Shown: piece after piece, positions 63,160-64,000 of the stretch
Numbering within the stretch: the first letter of the stretch is position 1
Layout of the letters: each line of letters starts with the position of its first letter
From: Selaginella moellendorffii
Taxonomy: Eukaryota > Plantae > Lycopodiophyta
Assembly (NCBI RefSeq): GCF_000143415.4
Contig: NW_003314296.1
Span: 911,645 to 975,644, forward strand
Reading direction: 5' to 3'
Length of the DNA stretch: 64,000 bases
Position numbers and translations under genes: made by a program
Notes under the pieces: generated by a model
Told to the model about the DNA's origin: nothing
Seen by the model: only the letters and a program-made list of their open reading frames with translations
Databases searched by the model: none

Positions 63160-63480
63160 GTTTCCTGACAGTTTCATGTGTGGAGCTACCTGACGAGTGT
63201 GTCTGCTGGATCTTGGTGTGGCTCCCCATTCCAGACCTTGTCTACTGCAAGGTTGTATGCAAGTGCTGGAAGTCACTCATTGAGGATGCCACTCACTGGA
63301 GAAGCTTGCCCCAGTTGCATGAGTTTGGAAGCTACTCACCAAACAAAATCTGTTGCGTAAGTGTGGCCCTAACGGCTTGGTCAGCTGGCATGTCCTGTGT
63401 CCTGAGATGTTGGACTACCAGGGTGCCACCTTCAACCAACTCATGCACATAGTGAAGTTGGACTTAACGTGCTTGAGTGA
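63160..63480 (+). pseudogene. F-box gene fragment
   Basis: ELPDECVCWILVWLPIPDLVYCKVVCKCWKSLI; frameshifts downstream. Confidence 0.65.
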
Positions 63481-64000
63481 GCATGGTGGACGGGGTTCTT
63501 GGACATGGCAATGCTGCTTCAGTTATTGCACCAAGAAGTAGTGGGGCCAGCTTGTGCACATCCCAGCTCAACAAGTAACCCCCAGGCCCAGACCACATCC
63601 CTGCTACCAGTAGTGAGTGTGACGTACTCTACTTCTGCACTAGAAAGTGCCACCACAGATTGTTGTTTGGAGGCCCATGTGATGGGCACCTCCTGAGAAG
63701 GAAAAGCAAATGCCAGAAGTCGAGTGATGGCCTTTGTTGTTGGCAAAGCTAGCATCTGTGTAGCATGTCAATAATGCATTATCCCCTGAATAAGCAATGC
63801 TGCACTTCATAGTGCCCCGGAGGTATCTGACAATACACTTGGTAGCTTGCCAATGTATGGTGGTTGGCAATGTGTTGTAGTGACTCAAGGCAATAGTCAC
63901 ATATGTGATAAGTCATCAGGGCCAAATATATGGGACTCCCTATTGGCATCTCATTAGTTGCCTCAGGCTCACTAGACTGCTCAACTGTGAGATTGATAGC
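63480..64000 (-). mobile_element. Ty1/copia RT-RNase H fragment
   Basis: HWQATKCIVRYLRGT, YTDAS, ITWASKQQSVVALSSAEVEYV. Confidence 0.9.

Overview
Eukaryotic plant nuclear DNA. Very short introns and intergenic gaps, abundant PLS-class PPR genes and a Ure2p-class GST suggest a compact lycophyte genome such as Selaginella (inference). The window has four zones. (1) 1-27 kb is a rearranged segmental duplication: three bacterial-like Ure2p/Nu-class GST copies, a ~5.7-kb inverted repeat (GST+PPR arms) around a TPR-SET pseudogene, a second TPR-SET pseudogene, a papain-fold ORF lacking catalytic residues, and a decayed Ty3/gypsy. (2) 27.8-44.6 kb is a tightly packed housekeeping block: PPR-DYW, MPC1, CDPK, TFIIF beta, PPR, VPS2, PHL/SPT20, ATG18. 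(3) 44.8-55 kb holds three nested LTR retroelements, including a young TRIM with apparently identical LTRs, and one LTR carries an internal inversion. (4) 55-64 kb has a ~4.4-kb array of ~28 units of 120 bp, each reading as a 45-nt exon plus a 75-nt GT-AG intron. The array runs into a rearranged NUP54 pseudogene, followed by a tRNA-Arg relic, a stand-alone RNase H ORF, an F-box fragment and a copia fragment. All boundaries were read by eye.
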